This document shows, one piece after another, positions 19,425-28,558 of a stretch of 64,000 nucleotides of DNA. Source of the stretch: an uncultured Gemmatimonadales bacterium. GTDB taxonomy: Bacteria; Gemmatimonadota; Gemmatimonadetes; Gemmatimonadales; Gemmatimonadaceae. Each line of letters opens with the position of its first letter. Position 1 is the first letter of the stretch. The notes below the pieces were generated by a model that saw only the letters and a program-made list of their open reading frames with translations, searched no databases and had not been told where the DNA came from. The DNA lies in assembly GCA_963793305.1 (NCBI GenBank), contig CAWBZV010000002.1, positions 544,001 to 608,000 of the forward strand, written 5' to 3'. The position numbers and the translations under genes were made by a program.

Positions 19425-20321
19425 ATGGACAGTACACGGTCGCTGAACACCGTCGTCGTCTGGGTGGTCAATGTGCTCGTCGCCGGTCTGTTTCTGGCGG
19501 TCGGCGTGCCCAAGGTCCTAGGACTGGAAACGAACTTCTTCCAGTTCGCCGCCATGCGCGGCTTCCCCGATTGGATCCGCATCGTCGTCGGCGTGTGCGA
19601 GGTCATCGGCGCCATCTCCCTGCTCATCCCCCGACTCTCCGCATACGCGGCGCTCGGGCTGGCGATGCTGATGGTCCCCGCGGCCATCACGCAACAGATG
19701 AGCGGTCAGCCGGGTGTCTACGTCCCGATCGTGCTCTTCGTCGTCCTGCTGATCTTGGCGGAGCGCAGGAACCCCGCGGCTGTCCGGGCCATGTACCGGT
19801 CGATTGCCGATACGCCGCATCCGTTGCTCAAGAGCGGTACGATCGCGGGAGTCATCGGCGCCACCTGCGTGGCCGGCTGGTTTTTCATCGTCGATATCGT
19901 CAGCAACATCCCGTTTGCCACGCCACTCGTGCTCGGCCACGCCCTGCTGACGCTGCTGCGGCCCACGCCGAGTTGGGCGAGCTCGCCCGCGCTCGTGATC
20001 CTCGTCTACACGCTATTCCACTACGCCGCGTTCATTGGGGTCGGCATCGTCGCCGCCGTCGTCGTCGGCTGGGCCCGCACCGAGCCGTCCGTGCTCCTCG
20101 GCTTCGTCATCCTGTTCGCGGCCGTGGAAGTCGGTTTCTATGGCTTCGTCGCCGTACTCGCCCAGGCCAGCGACCTGCATTCGCTTGCTTGGTACCAGGT
20201 AATGCTCGGTAACTTGATCGCGGCGACCGGCATGGGTCTGTATCTCTGGCGCGCCCACCCGCAGCTGCACGATCAACTGCAACATGCGCTCGATGTTCCG
20301 ATTGGGAACGAATCCAGTTAG
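19425..20321 (+). CDS. DoxX-like membrane protein with an extra C-terminal multi-TM domain
   Basis: GVPK...GFPDWIRIVVGVCEVIGAISLLIPR DoxX pattern followed by about 4 more TM helices. Alternative in-frame ATG at 19374. Confidence 0.75.
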   Translation: MDSTRSLNTVVVWVVNVLVAGLFLAVGVPKVLGLETNFFQFAAMRGFPDWIRIVVGVCEVIGAISLLIPRLSAYAALGLAMLMVPAAITQQMSGQPGVYVPIVLFVVLLILAERRNPAAVRAMYRSIADTPHPLLKSGTIAGVIGATCVAGWFFIVDIVSNIPFATPLVLGHALLTLLRPTPSWASSPALVILVYTLFHYAAFIGVGIVAAVVVGWARTEPSVLLGFVILFAAVEVGFYGFVAVLAQASDLHSLAWYQVMLGNLIAATGMGLYLWRAHPQLHDQLQHALDVPIGNESS

Positions 20322-20338
20322 CGTCGCGTTCGTTTGGC

Positions 20339-21934
20339 ATGGCAACAGCAGTAGTCCCAACGGTTGAGCAGCAGCAGGTAGACGCCCGGCGGTGGTTCAT
20401 TTTGATCGGGTTGATCACCGCCGCAATCATGGAGGTTCTCGACACCACCATCGTCAACGTCGCGCTCCCGCAAATGGCGGGGAATTTGAGCGCGACGACG
20501 GACGAGATCGGTTGGGTCGCGACCGGATATATCCTCTCCAACGTCGTCGTGCTCCCCATGACGGCGTTTTTCACGACCCTCTTCGGCCGCCGGAATTATC
20601 TCGTCGGCTCGATCGTGATCTTCGCGATCGCGTCGTTCCTGTGCGGCACATCCCACACGCTGATCGAGCTGGTGCTCTGGCGCGTGGTGCAGGGCGCTGG
20701 CGGCGCCGCCCTCCTGTCGACTGCCCAGGCCACGCTCAGGCAAGTCTTTCCGCCGAAAGAGCAGGCGATGGTGCAGGCGCTGTTCATTGTCGGTCTGATC
20801 GTCGCGCCAACGCTGGGCCCAACCCTCGGCGGGTGGATCACCGACAACTACAACTGGAACTGGATCTTCTTCATCAATATCCCGATCGCGGCCGTCACCG
20901 TGTTCTTGACGATGACGTTCCTGCAGGATCCTCCGGGCATGCGCCGGAAGCCCGACCGGATCGATTTTCTCGGGATCGGTCTACTGACGGTCGGGCTGGC
21001 GTCCCTGCAGTATGTGCTCGAGGAAGGGCGTCGCTACGATTGGTTCCAGGACGACAGGATCAAGCAATTGAGCGTCATCGCCGCCGTCTGTCTGTCGACC
21101 ATGATCTGGTGGGAGCTGTCGTCGCGGAACAAGCACCCGATTGTCGACTTCCGCGTGCTCAAGAACCGCCAGCTCGCCGCGTCGATCTTCCTCTTCGTCG
21201 CGCTCGGATTCGGTCTCTATGGCGGCGTGTTCATCTTCCCGCTGTTCACGCAGACGATTCTCGGGTTCTCTCCGACGGCGACGGGTCTGGCGCTGCTCCC
21301 AGGTGGTATTGGTACCGCGATTACGGCGATCATCTGCGGGCGCCTCCTGAGCGGCAACAAGGTCGATGGCCGCATTCTGATCGCGCTCGGTGTCGTGATT
21401 TTCTCGGTCGCGATGTGGCGGCTCGGGCACCTCACGACCGAAGCCGGTGAGCCGCAAGCGCGTGCCGCGCTCTTCATTCGCGGACTGGGGCTCGGTCTGC
21501 TCTTCACGCCGATCAACAACGTCGCGTTCGGCGGGATCGACCCTAAGGATGCGCAACAGTCCGCGGGCTTGATCAACCTCGCGCGCCAGCTCGGCGGGTC
21601 ATTCGGCATCGCCATCTTGAGTACGTACGTGGTGGATCAGACGCAGTACCACCGGGAGAACCTCGTCCAGTACGTGACGGCCTACAATCCGCAGGTGGCT
21701 ACCCGCACGGCGGCCATCGCGTCGAATCTCGTCGCGCACGGATTCTCGTACGATGCGGCTCGCCGCGCCGCCGTTGGAGCGCTCGACAATATCGTGACGC
21801 GCCAGGCGGCGATGATGGCGTACAACGACGCGTGGCTGCTCATCCTGCTGATATTCGTGATCGTCTCGCCCGCGATCCTACTGCTCCGGCGGCCTCGGGG
21901 CGGCGCTGGCGCGGGGGCTGGCGCTGGTCACTAG
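20339..21934 (+). CDS. DHA2 (EmrB/QacA) MFS efflux permease
   Basis: MEVLDTTIVNVALP, APTLGPTLGGWITDN, NLARQLGGSFG. Confidence 0.95.
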   Translation: MATAVVPTVEQQQVDARRWFILIGLITAAIMEVLDTTIVNVALPQMAGNLSATTDEIGWVATGYILSNVVVLPMTAFFTTLFGRRNYLVGSIVIFAIASFLCGTSHTLIELVLWRVVQGAGGAALLSTAQATLRQVFPPKEQAMVQALFIVGLIVAPTLGPTLGGWITDNYNWNWIFFINIPIAAVTVFLTMTFLQDPPGMRRKPDRIDFLGIGLLTVGLASLQYVLEEGRRYDWFQDDRIKQLSVIAAVCLSTMIWWELSSRNKHPIVDFRVLKNRQLAASIFLFVALGFGLYGGVFIFPLFTQTILGFSPTATGLALLPGGIGTAITAIICGRLLSGNKVDGRILIALGVVIFSVAMWRLGHLTTEAGEPQARAALFIRGLGLGLLFTPINNVAFGGIDPKDAQQSAGLINLARQLGGSFGIAILSTYVVDQTQYHRENLVQYVTAYNPQVATRTAAIASNLVAHGFSYDAARRAAVGALDNIVTRQAAMMAYNDAWLLILLIFVIVSPAILLLRRPRGGAGAGAGAGH

Positions 21935-22560
21935 TAGTGCTGATAGAGGCGAACGGCGCTTAGCCGGATGGAGCCGAGCTTGATCTCGGTCGCGGTCTGG
22001 GACGAATCGAATTGAATGTCGAACGCCGTTTCCTGCACGGAGTGCGAGCAGGTCGAGTACGACGCCTCATAATAGACCGATGCCAGGTCGATGGCGGAGC
22101 ACGTGCCGGCCGCCGAGACGACGGTGTCGACAATCGTACCCTGCTGTGAGACCTGTTCGGCGGCGCCGTTCAGATAGCCCAGGGCGAAGTCCTGTTCGGC
22201 GGGCAGATACTGGGAGATGATCACGCGGTTCGCGTCCGGATCGGCCCAGGCCGCGAAGTTGTAGGTCGAGTCGACGGGCGTTCCTTGGATGGTGACGTTG
22301 ACGAACTCGAAGGCCACCGCCTGGTACATTGCCGACGTTCCGTTCACCGTGATCGAGACCTCGTGCGGCGCGACGCCGAACGCGAGCGGCACCGCGATAT
22401 ACTGCATCGCGATCTGCCGCAGGTTGTCGTTCGTCTCGACCGCGCGCTGCCACAAGCTGTCGAAGTGCACCGCCAGTGACCGTGCCGAAGGCCCGGTCGG
22501 CGCATCGCTGCCGCAGCCCATGGCGAACGTCGCGGTGACGAGGAGGATGGTGGCGCGCAT
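21931..22560 (-). CDS. Hypothetical lipoprotein
   Basis: MRATILLVTATFAMGC lipobox, coding-like composition, no recognised domain. Confidence 0.7.
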   Translation of the reverse strand: MRATILLVTATFAMGCGSDAPTGPSARSLAVHFDSLWQRAVETNDNLRQIAMQYIAVPLAFGVAPHEVSITVNGTSAMYQAVAFEFVNVTIQGTPVDSTYNFAAWADPDANRVIISQYLPAEQDFALGYLNGAAEQVSQQGTIVDTVVSAAGTCSAIDLASVYYEASYSTCSHSVQETAFDIQFDSSQTATEIKLGSIRLSAVRLYQHY

Positions 22561-22703
22561 GGCAGACGAAGGTGCCGATCGGACCGTCGAGCGGCAATGC
22601 CGAAGAAATGGGACGATATTCCCCCAACCCTGCCGAAGGCAGGCTCGCAACGCAACCGATAGCCCGAAGGGCCGAGTCCGAAGATGCAACCCCCAGGGGA
22701 GTC

Positions 22704-25700
22704 ATGACCGCCCAGCCCGACCGCGCCACTTACGGCCTTCGGCCCGACATTCTGTCGCAGTGGGAGACGCTCGCCCAGTCGCTCTCCAGCATCGCCCCCA
22801 CGGCGGCGCCGGCGATGATCATTCCCTTGGTGATCGCCGCCGCGGGACGGTCGGCGTGGGTGTCGTTCGTCGTCGCGACGATCGCCATGGCCCTCGTCGC
22901 CGCTCACGTCAACGTGTTCGCCCGCGACTCGGCTACGCCAGGGTCCCTGTACGCGTTCGTCCGCGGCGAATTCGGGTCATGGGTGGCGCTGCCGGCGGGT
23001 TGGGCGCTCCTCGTCGCCTATATCGGGACGGCCGCCGCGGTGACCGGCGGGATCATCCAGTATGCGCAGAATCTGGTCGGGATCGCTGGTACCGGCGTCG
23101 CGATCCTGCTGATCATCCTGTCGATTGGCCTGTCGGCCATGCTCGCCTATCGCAACGTGGAGCTGTCCACGCGATTCATGCTCTGGATCGAGTGCGCGTC
23201 GGTGGCGACGATCGTGCTCTTGTTCGTGATCCCGACGCGCGCGCATCCGTTGAGCTGGGATCCCACGCAATTCACGCGGTCGGTGTTCGCCGTCACGCCG
23301 GTCGGCGCCGGCCTCGTGCTCGCGACGTTCGCGTTCGTCGGGTTCGAGAGCGCCACCGCGCTCGGCGCCGAAGCGAAAGATCCATTGACGACCATCCCCC
23401 GCGCGGTCATGGGGACGGCGCTGATTTCTGGTGCGTTCTTCGTGTTCTCGACCTACGCCGAGGTCGACGCGGTCGGCTCGAAGGTCGATCTCCTGACGGG
23501 GACGCAAGCGCCACTGCAAGTCCTCGCGACCCTCAAGGGGCGATCGTGGGTGGGGCCGATCGTGTCGGTTGGCGCGATCATGAGCTTTTTTGCGTGCGCC
23601 ATGTCGTGCATTACGGCGGCCGCGCGCACGATGTTCCTCATGGGCGCGCAGAAGGTCTTGCCATCGCGGTTGGGACAGGTGCACGCACAACATCAGACGC
23701 CGTCCATGGCGGTGATCGTATCCAGCATCGCCGCCGCCGTTCCCGCCTTAGCCTTGGCCGCGCGACATGTCAGCGCGTTCGATCTGTACGGGTGGCTGGC
23801 CACGATCGCGACGTACGGATTCCTCGCGGCGTATGTGTTCGTGACGGTCGCCGCGCCGATATATGAATTGCGCCGACGCACGCTGACGGTGCCAAAGGCC
23901 GGCCTCGCGGTCGTGACCGTGGCGTTTCTCGTCTGGGCGTTCGTCGCCAGTCTGCCGCCGGCAACCTCCACCGGTCCCGAGCGATGGCTCGCGCCCATCT
24001 TCTTCGCGCTGATTGTGGCCGGCTGTGTGTATTGCATGGCACGCCGCCGCCTCATCGTTGCCGGCGCGATGATCGTGCTGTTTGCCACTCCCGCTCGTGC
24101 ACAATTCACGCGGGAGCGGAGCTGGCTCAAGATGCCCGATGGCGTTCGTCTGGCGGTCACATACTGGCGACCGACGGGAGCGAAAGACAAACTCCCCGTG
24201 CTGCTCGAGTATCTGCCGTATCGGAAAGAAGACTCGTTCTATCAGCGCGATTACCCACTCTACAGCTGGTTCGTACGCCATGGCTTCATCATGGCCAAGG
24301 TCGACATTCGAGGTACGGGATCGTCCGAGGGACATCTGCCGGACCGCGAGTACTCCGAGCAGGAGATGAAAGACGCCGACGTCATTATCGATCAGCTCAG
24401 CCGGCTGCCGGGGTCGAATGGCAACGTGGGCTTGTGGGGAATCTCCTGGGGCGGATTCAACGCCATCCAGATCGCCATGCGCCACCCACCGGCGCTCAAG
24501 GCCATCATATCAGTGGATGCCACGGACGACCTCTATCACGATGACATTCACCAGATCGACGGCGTGCTCCACATCGATCAGTACGCTCTCCAGATCGACC
24601 ACGAGAACGGCCTCCCCGCGCCGCCCGCGTACGCGATCGACTCGGCGTACTTTCACAATCGGTTCGATACATCACCATGGTTGCTCACCTATCTGCATCA
24701 TACAGTCGACGGACCATGGTGGCGCTGGAACTCGCTGCGTTTTCAGTACGACAAGCTGACGATTCCGTGCTTTCTCATAGGTGGTCTGCTGGACGGCTAC
24801 CGCGATGCCATCCCGCGCATGCTCGACAGTGTGCACGCACCGATCAAGGCGATCGTCGGGCCATGGAACCACACCTTTCCCGATGATGCCGTCCCGGGAC
24901 CCGCCATCGAGTGGCGCGGTCTCGCCGTCAAATGGTGGAAGCATTGGTTGGAGGGCGAGGCCAACGACATCATGGACGGACCGCGGCTCACCGTCTTTGT
25001 CCGCGACTCGGTGCCGCCGGACGTATCCCTCGCCATCAGTCCCGGGCATTGGCGCGGGGAAGACTGGCCGATTGCTCGCACGCAATGGCGCACGTGGTAC
25101 CCGAACCCCAGGCATGAGCTTGGCGAAGCAGTTGGAGCGCGAGATTTCGGCTGGTACGATTGGTTGGCTTATACCGCGGGCGTTGGCACGGCGGTTCCAG
25201 TCTGGTGGAATGATGCGACGGGCGACCAGGCGGCCGATGACGGACAGAGCTTGACCTATGACAGCAGGGAGCTGCGGGAGCCGGTCGAGATCATCGGTTT
25301 TCCGCGCGTGCGCTTGCAGGTTCGGCCCGCCGCCCCGATCGTCGATTGGACCGTGCGGCTCGAAGACGTCTTTCCCGATGGGCGCGTCGCGCTCGTGACC
25401 GGGGTGCTCCAGAGCGGCGCCCAATGGTCATCGCGCCTCGATCCGGCGCCACTCGCACCGGGCTTGCCGTATGTGATCAAGACGCCGCTGCACTTCACGA
25501 CGTGGACCTTCCGACCGGGACACAAGATCCGCCTGGCTATCGCGAACTCGCAGTTCCCAATGGCGTGGCCGACGCCGTACCCCACGACGACATCATTGGA
25601 AGTCAATGACGGCAGCACCACCCTCGACCTTCCGGTCGTCCCGTCAGCACCGAACGCACAGGTGCCGGTCTTTGCGGCGCCCCAGCCCCATGACCAGGCA

Positions 25701-26066
25701 CCGGATGCGCGAACGTTACAGGAGACGGGCTATCCCGGCGCCATCGTCACCCACAACGTCGTGGCAAAAACCACGGCTGTTGATTTTCTTACACGCTTCT
25801 CGTACCAGATCCTCGACCGCCGAATCGAGAACATCGAGAAGGAGCATTACGAGACACACGATGACGACCCGGCCCACTCGAGTTTCGTCGGCGACGAATC
25901 CCATCACATATGCCGCCCGAAGCGCTGCCTCGTGCTTCGCACCGGAATAGACGTGCAGTCGGATAGCACGACGTTGCGTGTTCGCGTAACCCGGCGACTC
26001 GAGGAGAACGGCCGGCTCGTGCGCACGAAGATCTGGACCGACACGATCCCGCGGGGGATCAACTAG
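22704..26066 (+). CDS. APC amino-acid permease fused to a CocE/NonD (S15) hydrolase
   Basis: GGGGAG ribosome-binding site. About 445 aa of APC permease (QSLSSIAPT, FVGFESA, PSMAV), then MPDGVRL, YLPYRK, DIRGTGSSEG, GISWGG, GPWNH and a PepX_C-like domain in one open frame. Confidence 0.88.
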   Translation: MTAQPDRATYGLRPDILSQWETLAQSLSSIAPTAAPAMIIPLVIAAAGRSAWVSFVVATIAMALVAAHVNVFARDSATPGSLYAFVRGEFGSWVALPAGWALLVAYIGTAAAVTGGIIQYAQNLVGIAGTGVAILLIILSIGLSAMLAYRNVELSTRFMLWIECASVATIVLLFVIPTRAHPLSWDPTQFTRSVFAVTPVGAGLVLATFAFVGFESATALGAEAKDPLTTIPRAVMGTALISGAFFVFSTYAEVDAVGSKVDLLTGTQAPLQVLATLKGRSWVGPIVSVGAIMSFFACAMSCITAAARTMFLMGAQKVLPSRLGQVHAQHQTPSMAVIVSSIAAAVPALALAARHVSAFDLYGWLATIATYGFLAAYVFVTVAAPIYELRRRTLTVPKAGLAVVTVAFLVWAFVASLPPATSTGPERWLAPIFFALIVAGCVYCMARRRLIVAGAMIVLFATPARAQFTRERSWLKMPDGVRLAVTYWRPTGAKDKLPVLLEYLPYRKEDSFYQRDYPLYSWFVRHGFIMAKVDIRGTGSSEGHLPDREYSEQEMKDADVIIDQLSRLPGSNGNVGLWGISWGGFNAIQIAMRHPPALKAIISVDATDDLYHDDIHQIDGVLHIDQYALQIDHENGLPAPPAYAIDSAYFHNRFDTSPWLLTYLHHTVDGPWWRWNSLRFQYDKLTIPCFLIGGLLDGYRDAIPRMLDSVHAPIKAIVGPWNHTFPDDAVPGPAIEWRGLAVKWWKHWLEGEANDIMDGPRLTVFVRDSVPPDVSLAISPGHWRGEDWPIARTQWRTWYPNPRHELGEAVGARDFGWYDWLAYTAGVGTAVPVWWNDATGDQAADDGQSLTYDSRELREPVEIIGFPRVRLQVRPAAPIVDWTVRLEDVFPDGRVALVTGVLQSGAQWSSRLDPAPLAPGLPYVIKTPLHFTTWTFRPGHKIRLAIANSQFPMAWPTPYPTTTSLEVNDGSTTLDLPVVPSAPNAQVPVFAAPQPHDQAPDARTLQETGYPGAIVTHNVVAKTTAVDFLTRFSYQILDRRIENIEKEHYETHDDDPAHSSFVGDESHHICRPKRCLVLRTGIDVQSDSTTLRVRVTRRLEENGRLVRTKIWTDTIPRGIN

Positions 26067-27622
26067 TGGCATTCTGTCCGCCGCCGTGCGAACCAGCCAT
26101 CGCGAACACGGCGGTGTCCCGCGAACCCCAAGGCGCCCGCTCCACTGGCTGGATCCTCGCCGCCACGATCCTCGGCTCGAGCCTCGCGTTCATCGACGGC
26201 ACGGTCGTCAGCATTGTCCTGCCGGTCATGCAGCGCGAGATGCACACGACGATCGTCAACGCGCAGTGGGTCGTCGAGATTTACCTCCTCTTCCTCTCGT
26301 CGCTGATCCTCGTCGGCGGCGCGGTCGGCGACCGCTGGGGCCGCGAGCGCGTGTTCACCGGCGGCATCATCGCGTTCGGCCTGGCATCCATCGGGTGCGC
26401 GCTCGCGCCGAACATCAACTGGCTCATCGCGTGGCGAGCCCTGCAAGGCATTGCCGCCGCATTTCTCATCCCCGGCAGTCTCGCGATCCTCGGCGCCGCG
26501 TTCTCGCCCGGCGAACGAGGCCAAGCCGTCGGCACGTGGTCGGCGGCGACCGCCATCGTCACGGCCGCCGGTCCAGTCCTCGGCGGTTGGCTCGTCGAGC
26601 ACACCTCGTGGCGATGGATCTTCGCGCTCAATGTGCCGCTGGCCGCCGCGGTCGTCGCCATCATGGTGTTCGAGGTGCCATTCTCCGCGCCCGCGAAAGT
26701 CACCCGCTCGCTCGATTGGACCGGCGCCGCGCTCATTACCGCCGGGTTGGGCGGCATCGTCTTCGGGCTTATCGAATCACCGCACTACGGTCTCGGCAGC
26801 CTGAGAGTCGTATTGAGCCTGATCGTCGGCGTCGCACTGGTCGGCGCGTTCATCGTCGTCGAGGACAGGGTCATCCGACCGCTGGTGCCGCTCATGCTCT
26901 TTCGCTCGCGAGCGTTCAGCGGCGCGAATCTCATCACCCTGTTGCTCTACGCCGCACTGGGCGGCGCGCTCTTCTTTTTGCCCTTTGATTTGATCCAGAT
27001 TCATCATTACACGGCCACCGCCGCGGGCGCGGCGCTGTTGCCGTTCGTCATTATCGTGGCGCTCCTGTCACGCACCGCGGGCGAGATGGCTGAACGGGTC
27101 GGCATCACGCTCCCCCTCACGCTCGGCCCGCTCATCGCGGCCGTCGGGATCGCGACGTTTGCGCTGCCGGGCGCGGGCGGCGGCTACTTCACGACGTTCT
27201 TTCCCGGGATGGTGCTCCTCGGCCTGGGGATGGGGATCACGGTCGCGCCTCTTACGACGGCGGTGCTCTCATCCGTCGATGACGAGTTCGAAGGCGTCGC
27301 CTCGGGAGTGAACAACGCCGTCGCGCGCCTTGGCGGCCTCCTCGTCATCGGCGTCCTCGGGATCATCATGGTCCAGCGCTTCTCGACGCAATTGGATGCG
27401 GGGCTCGCCCATGCGGGCGCTCCCACGCAGGTCCGCCAGGCGTTGGGCGCTCAAGCATTGCAGCTGGCGGCGATCACGCCGCCGCCAGCCTACGAGCACC
27501 TCGTCACGGCAGCGGCCGTCTCGGCATTTCGGGGCGCGATGATCGTGTCGGCGGTGCTCGCACTGGCTGCCGCTGGGGTGGGGGCCACCACTTTGCCTCC
27601 GCGGCGCAGCCGCCGCCGGTAA
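26066..27622 (+). CDS. DHA2-type MFS transporter
   Basis: ILGSSLAFIDGTVV, GDRWGR, GPVLGGWL, ASGVNNAVAR. Confidence 0.92.
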   Translation: MAFCPPPCEPAIANTAVSREPQGARSTGWILAATILGSSLAFIDGTVVSIVLPVMQREMHTTIVNAQWVVEIYLLFLSSLILVGGAVGDRWGRERVFTGGIIAFGLASIGCALAPNINWLIAWRALQGIAAAFLIPGSLAILGAAFSPGERGQAVGTWSAATAIVTAAGPVLGGWLVEHTSWRWIFALNVPLAAAVVAIMVFEVPFSAPAKVTRSLDWTGAALITAGLGGIVFGLIESPHYGLGSLRVVLSLIVGVALVGAFIVVEDRVIRPLVPLMLFRSRAFSGANLITLLLYAALGGALFFLPFDLIQIHHYTATAAGAALLPFVIIVALLSRTAGEMAERVGITLPLTLGPLIAAVGIATFALPGAGGGYFTTFFPGMVLLGLGMGITVAPLTTAVLSSVDDEFEGVASGVNNAVARLGGLLVIGVLGIIMVQRFSTQLDAGLAHAGAPTQVRQALGAQALQLAAITPPPAYEHLVTAAAVSAFRGAMIVSAVLALAAAGVGATTLPPRRSRRR

Positions 27623-27702
27623 AAGGTCAGCCTCCGTCCTCGTCAGAGGACGAAAGGACACCCTTAAGCTCCGCTTAACAGCAGAGATTCGCGGTCGTCT
27701 CC

Positions 27703-27717
27703 TGGAACAGTGGTTGC
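27703..27717 (+). promoter_or_regulatory. Putative sigma54 (-24/-12) promoter
   Basis: TGGAAC-AGTGG-TTGC has exact GG-N10-GC spacing and lies about 30 nt upstream of an ATG with an AGGAGG ribosome-binding site. Confidence 0.55.
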
Positions 27718-27746
27718 CTTAACTACGGCTTTCAGGAGGTGACATA

Positions 27747-28427
27747 ATGCATCAACGAATGTGGGTCGCCGCACTGGGCGCGATGGCGCTGTCGGCGTCC
27801 GTCGCGAGTGTAGCGAGTGCCCAGTATCGTGTGCGATACGGGTACAATTACGACGCGTTCGACAATGAAGCAGTGCACATCGGCATCTCGGGAGGCGCCG
27901 CCGTCCCGACTGGTCCGTACGCCGAACGATTCAATCCGGGTTGGAATGTCGATGGGAACCTGGCGATTCCGCTCGATCGTCGCTCACCGATCTGGCTCCA
28001 GTTCGATGTTGGGTACTCGCGCTTCGGCGTCAATTCACAGACGCTGCAAGACTTCAATGTGAATACCGGATTCAGCAGCATGCTCTCCGGTACCGCCAAT
28101 CTCGTGATTGGCCTGACCAATGATCCGCGCGCCCGCGTGGTGCCGTATCTCATCGGCGGCGGCGGTGTGTATTCGCGGTATGTCGAGCTCGATAACTACC
28201 AGAACTCGGGCGTGGCCTGCGATCCGTTCTTTGGATTCTGTCAGAGCTACAATCAGGCCGTGCCCGTCCTGACACGGACCGAGACCGTCGGCGGTTTGGA
28301 TGGCGGGGCCGGACTGCGCTTCAAGATGCGACGGGTGAATTTCTACCTTGAGGCGCGGTACGAAACAGCTTTCACCAACACCACGAATACGGCGTTCGTT
28401 CCCATCAGATTCGGCATTGAATTCTGA
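27747..28427 (+). CDS. Outer-membrane beta-barrel protein
   Basis: Signal peptide ASAQ, amphipathic strands, PYLIGGGG, C-terminal Phe (FGIEF). Confidence 0.88.
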   Translation: MHQRMWVAALGAMALSASVASVASAQYRVRYGYNYDAFDNEAVHIGISGGAAVPTGPYAERFNPGWNVDGNLAIPLDRRSPIWLQFDVGYSRFGVNSQTLQDFNVNTGFSSMLSGTANLVIGLTNDPRARVVPYLIGGGGVYSRYVELDNYQNSGVACDPFFGFCQSYNQAVPVLTRTETVGGLDGGAGLRFKMRRVNFYLEARYETAFTNTTNTAFVPIRFGIEF

Positions 28428-28444
28428 TAGCACCTCGATAGGTT
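28417..28444 (+). promoter_or_regulatory. Putative sigma70 promoter for the leaderless leader-peptide transcript
   Basis: TTGAAT (28417-22)-N16-TAGGTT (28439-44), 7 nt before ATG 28452. Confidence 0.55.
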
Positions 28445-28451
28445 GTATAGC

Positions 28452-28505
28452 ATGACGCTGCGCTGTTGTTGTCTCGCCCCCCGCATCCCAGAGACTCAGG
28501 CGTAG
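28452..28505 (+). CDS. Cys-rich attenuator leader peptide MTLRCCCLAPRIPETQA
   Basis: ATG ACG CTG CGC TGT TGT TGT ... GCG TAG: three tandem TGT codons upstream of a terminator and a sulfite/nitrite reductase. Confidence 0.8.
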   Translation: MTLRCCCLAPRIPETQA

Positions 28506-28526
28506 CGCGCCCCGTGTACACCCGTG

Positions 28527-28558
28527 CCCGCCGGAGTTTTCTCCGGCGGGTTTTTTTT
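28527..28558 (+). terminator. Intrinsic terminator (attenuator)
   Basis: Perfect 10-bp stem CCCGCCGGAG-TTTT-CTCCGGCGGG followed by T8, ending directly at the reductase ATG. Confidence 0.9.

Noticed and set aside
22561..22600. Guanidine-II/III riboswitch
   Set aside because: Partial ACGA and GACGAAGGTGCCG resemblance, but the ACGR-tetraloop stems or pseudoknot pairings are missing.
27632..27660. Hammerhead-like fragments (GAGGACGAAA on plus, CTGACGAG on minus)
   Set aside because: The two core halves are on opposite strands. It is only a 7-bp hairpin, CGTCCTC-GTCA-GAGGACG.
28466..28558. ORF-track N-terminal extension of the reductase
   Set aside because: It runs through the leader peptide and terminator. 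ATG 28559 gives a normal N-terminus.
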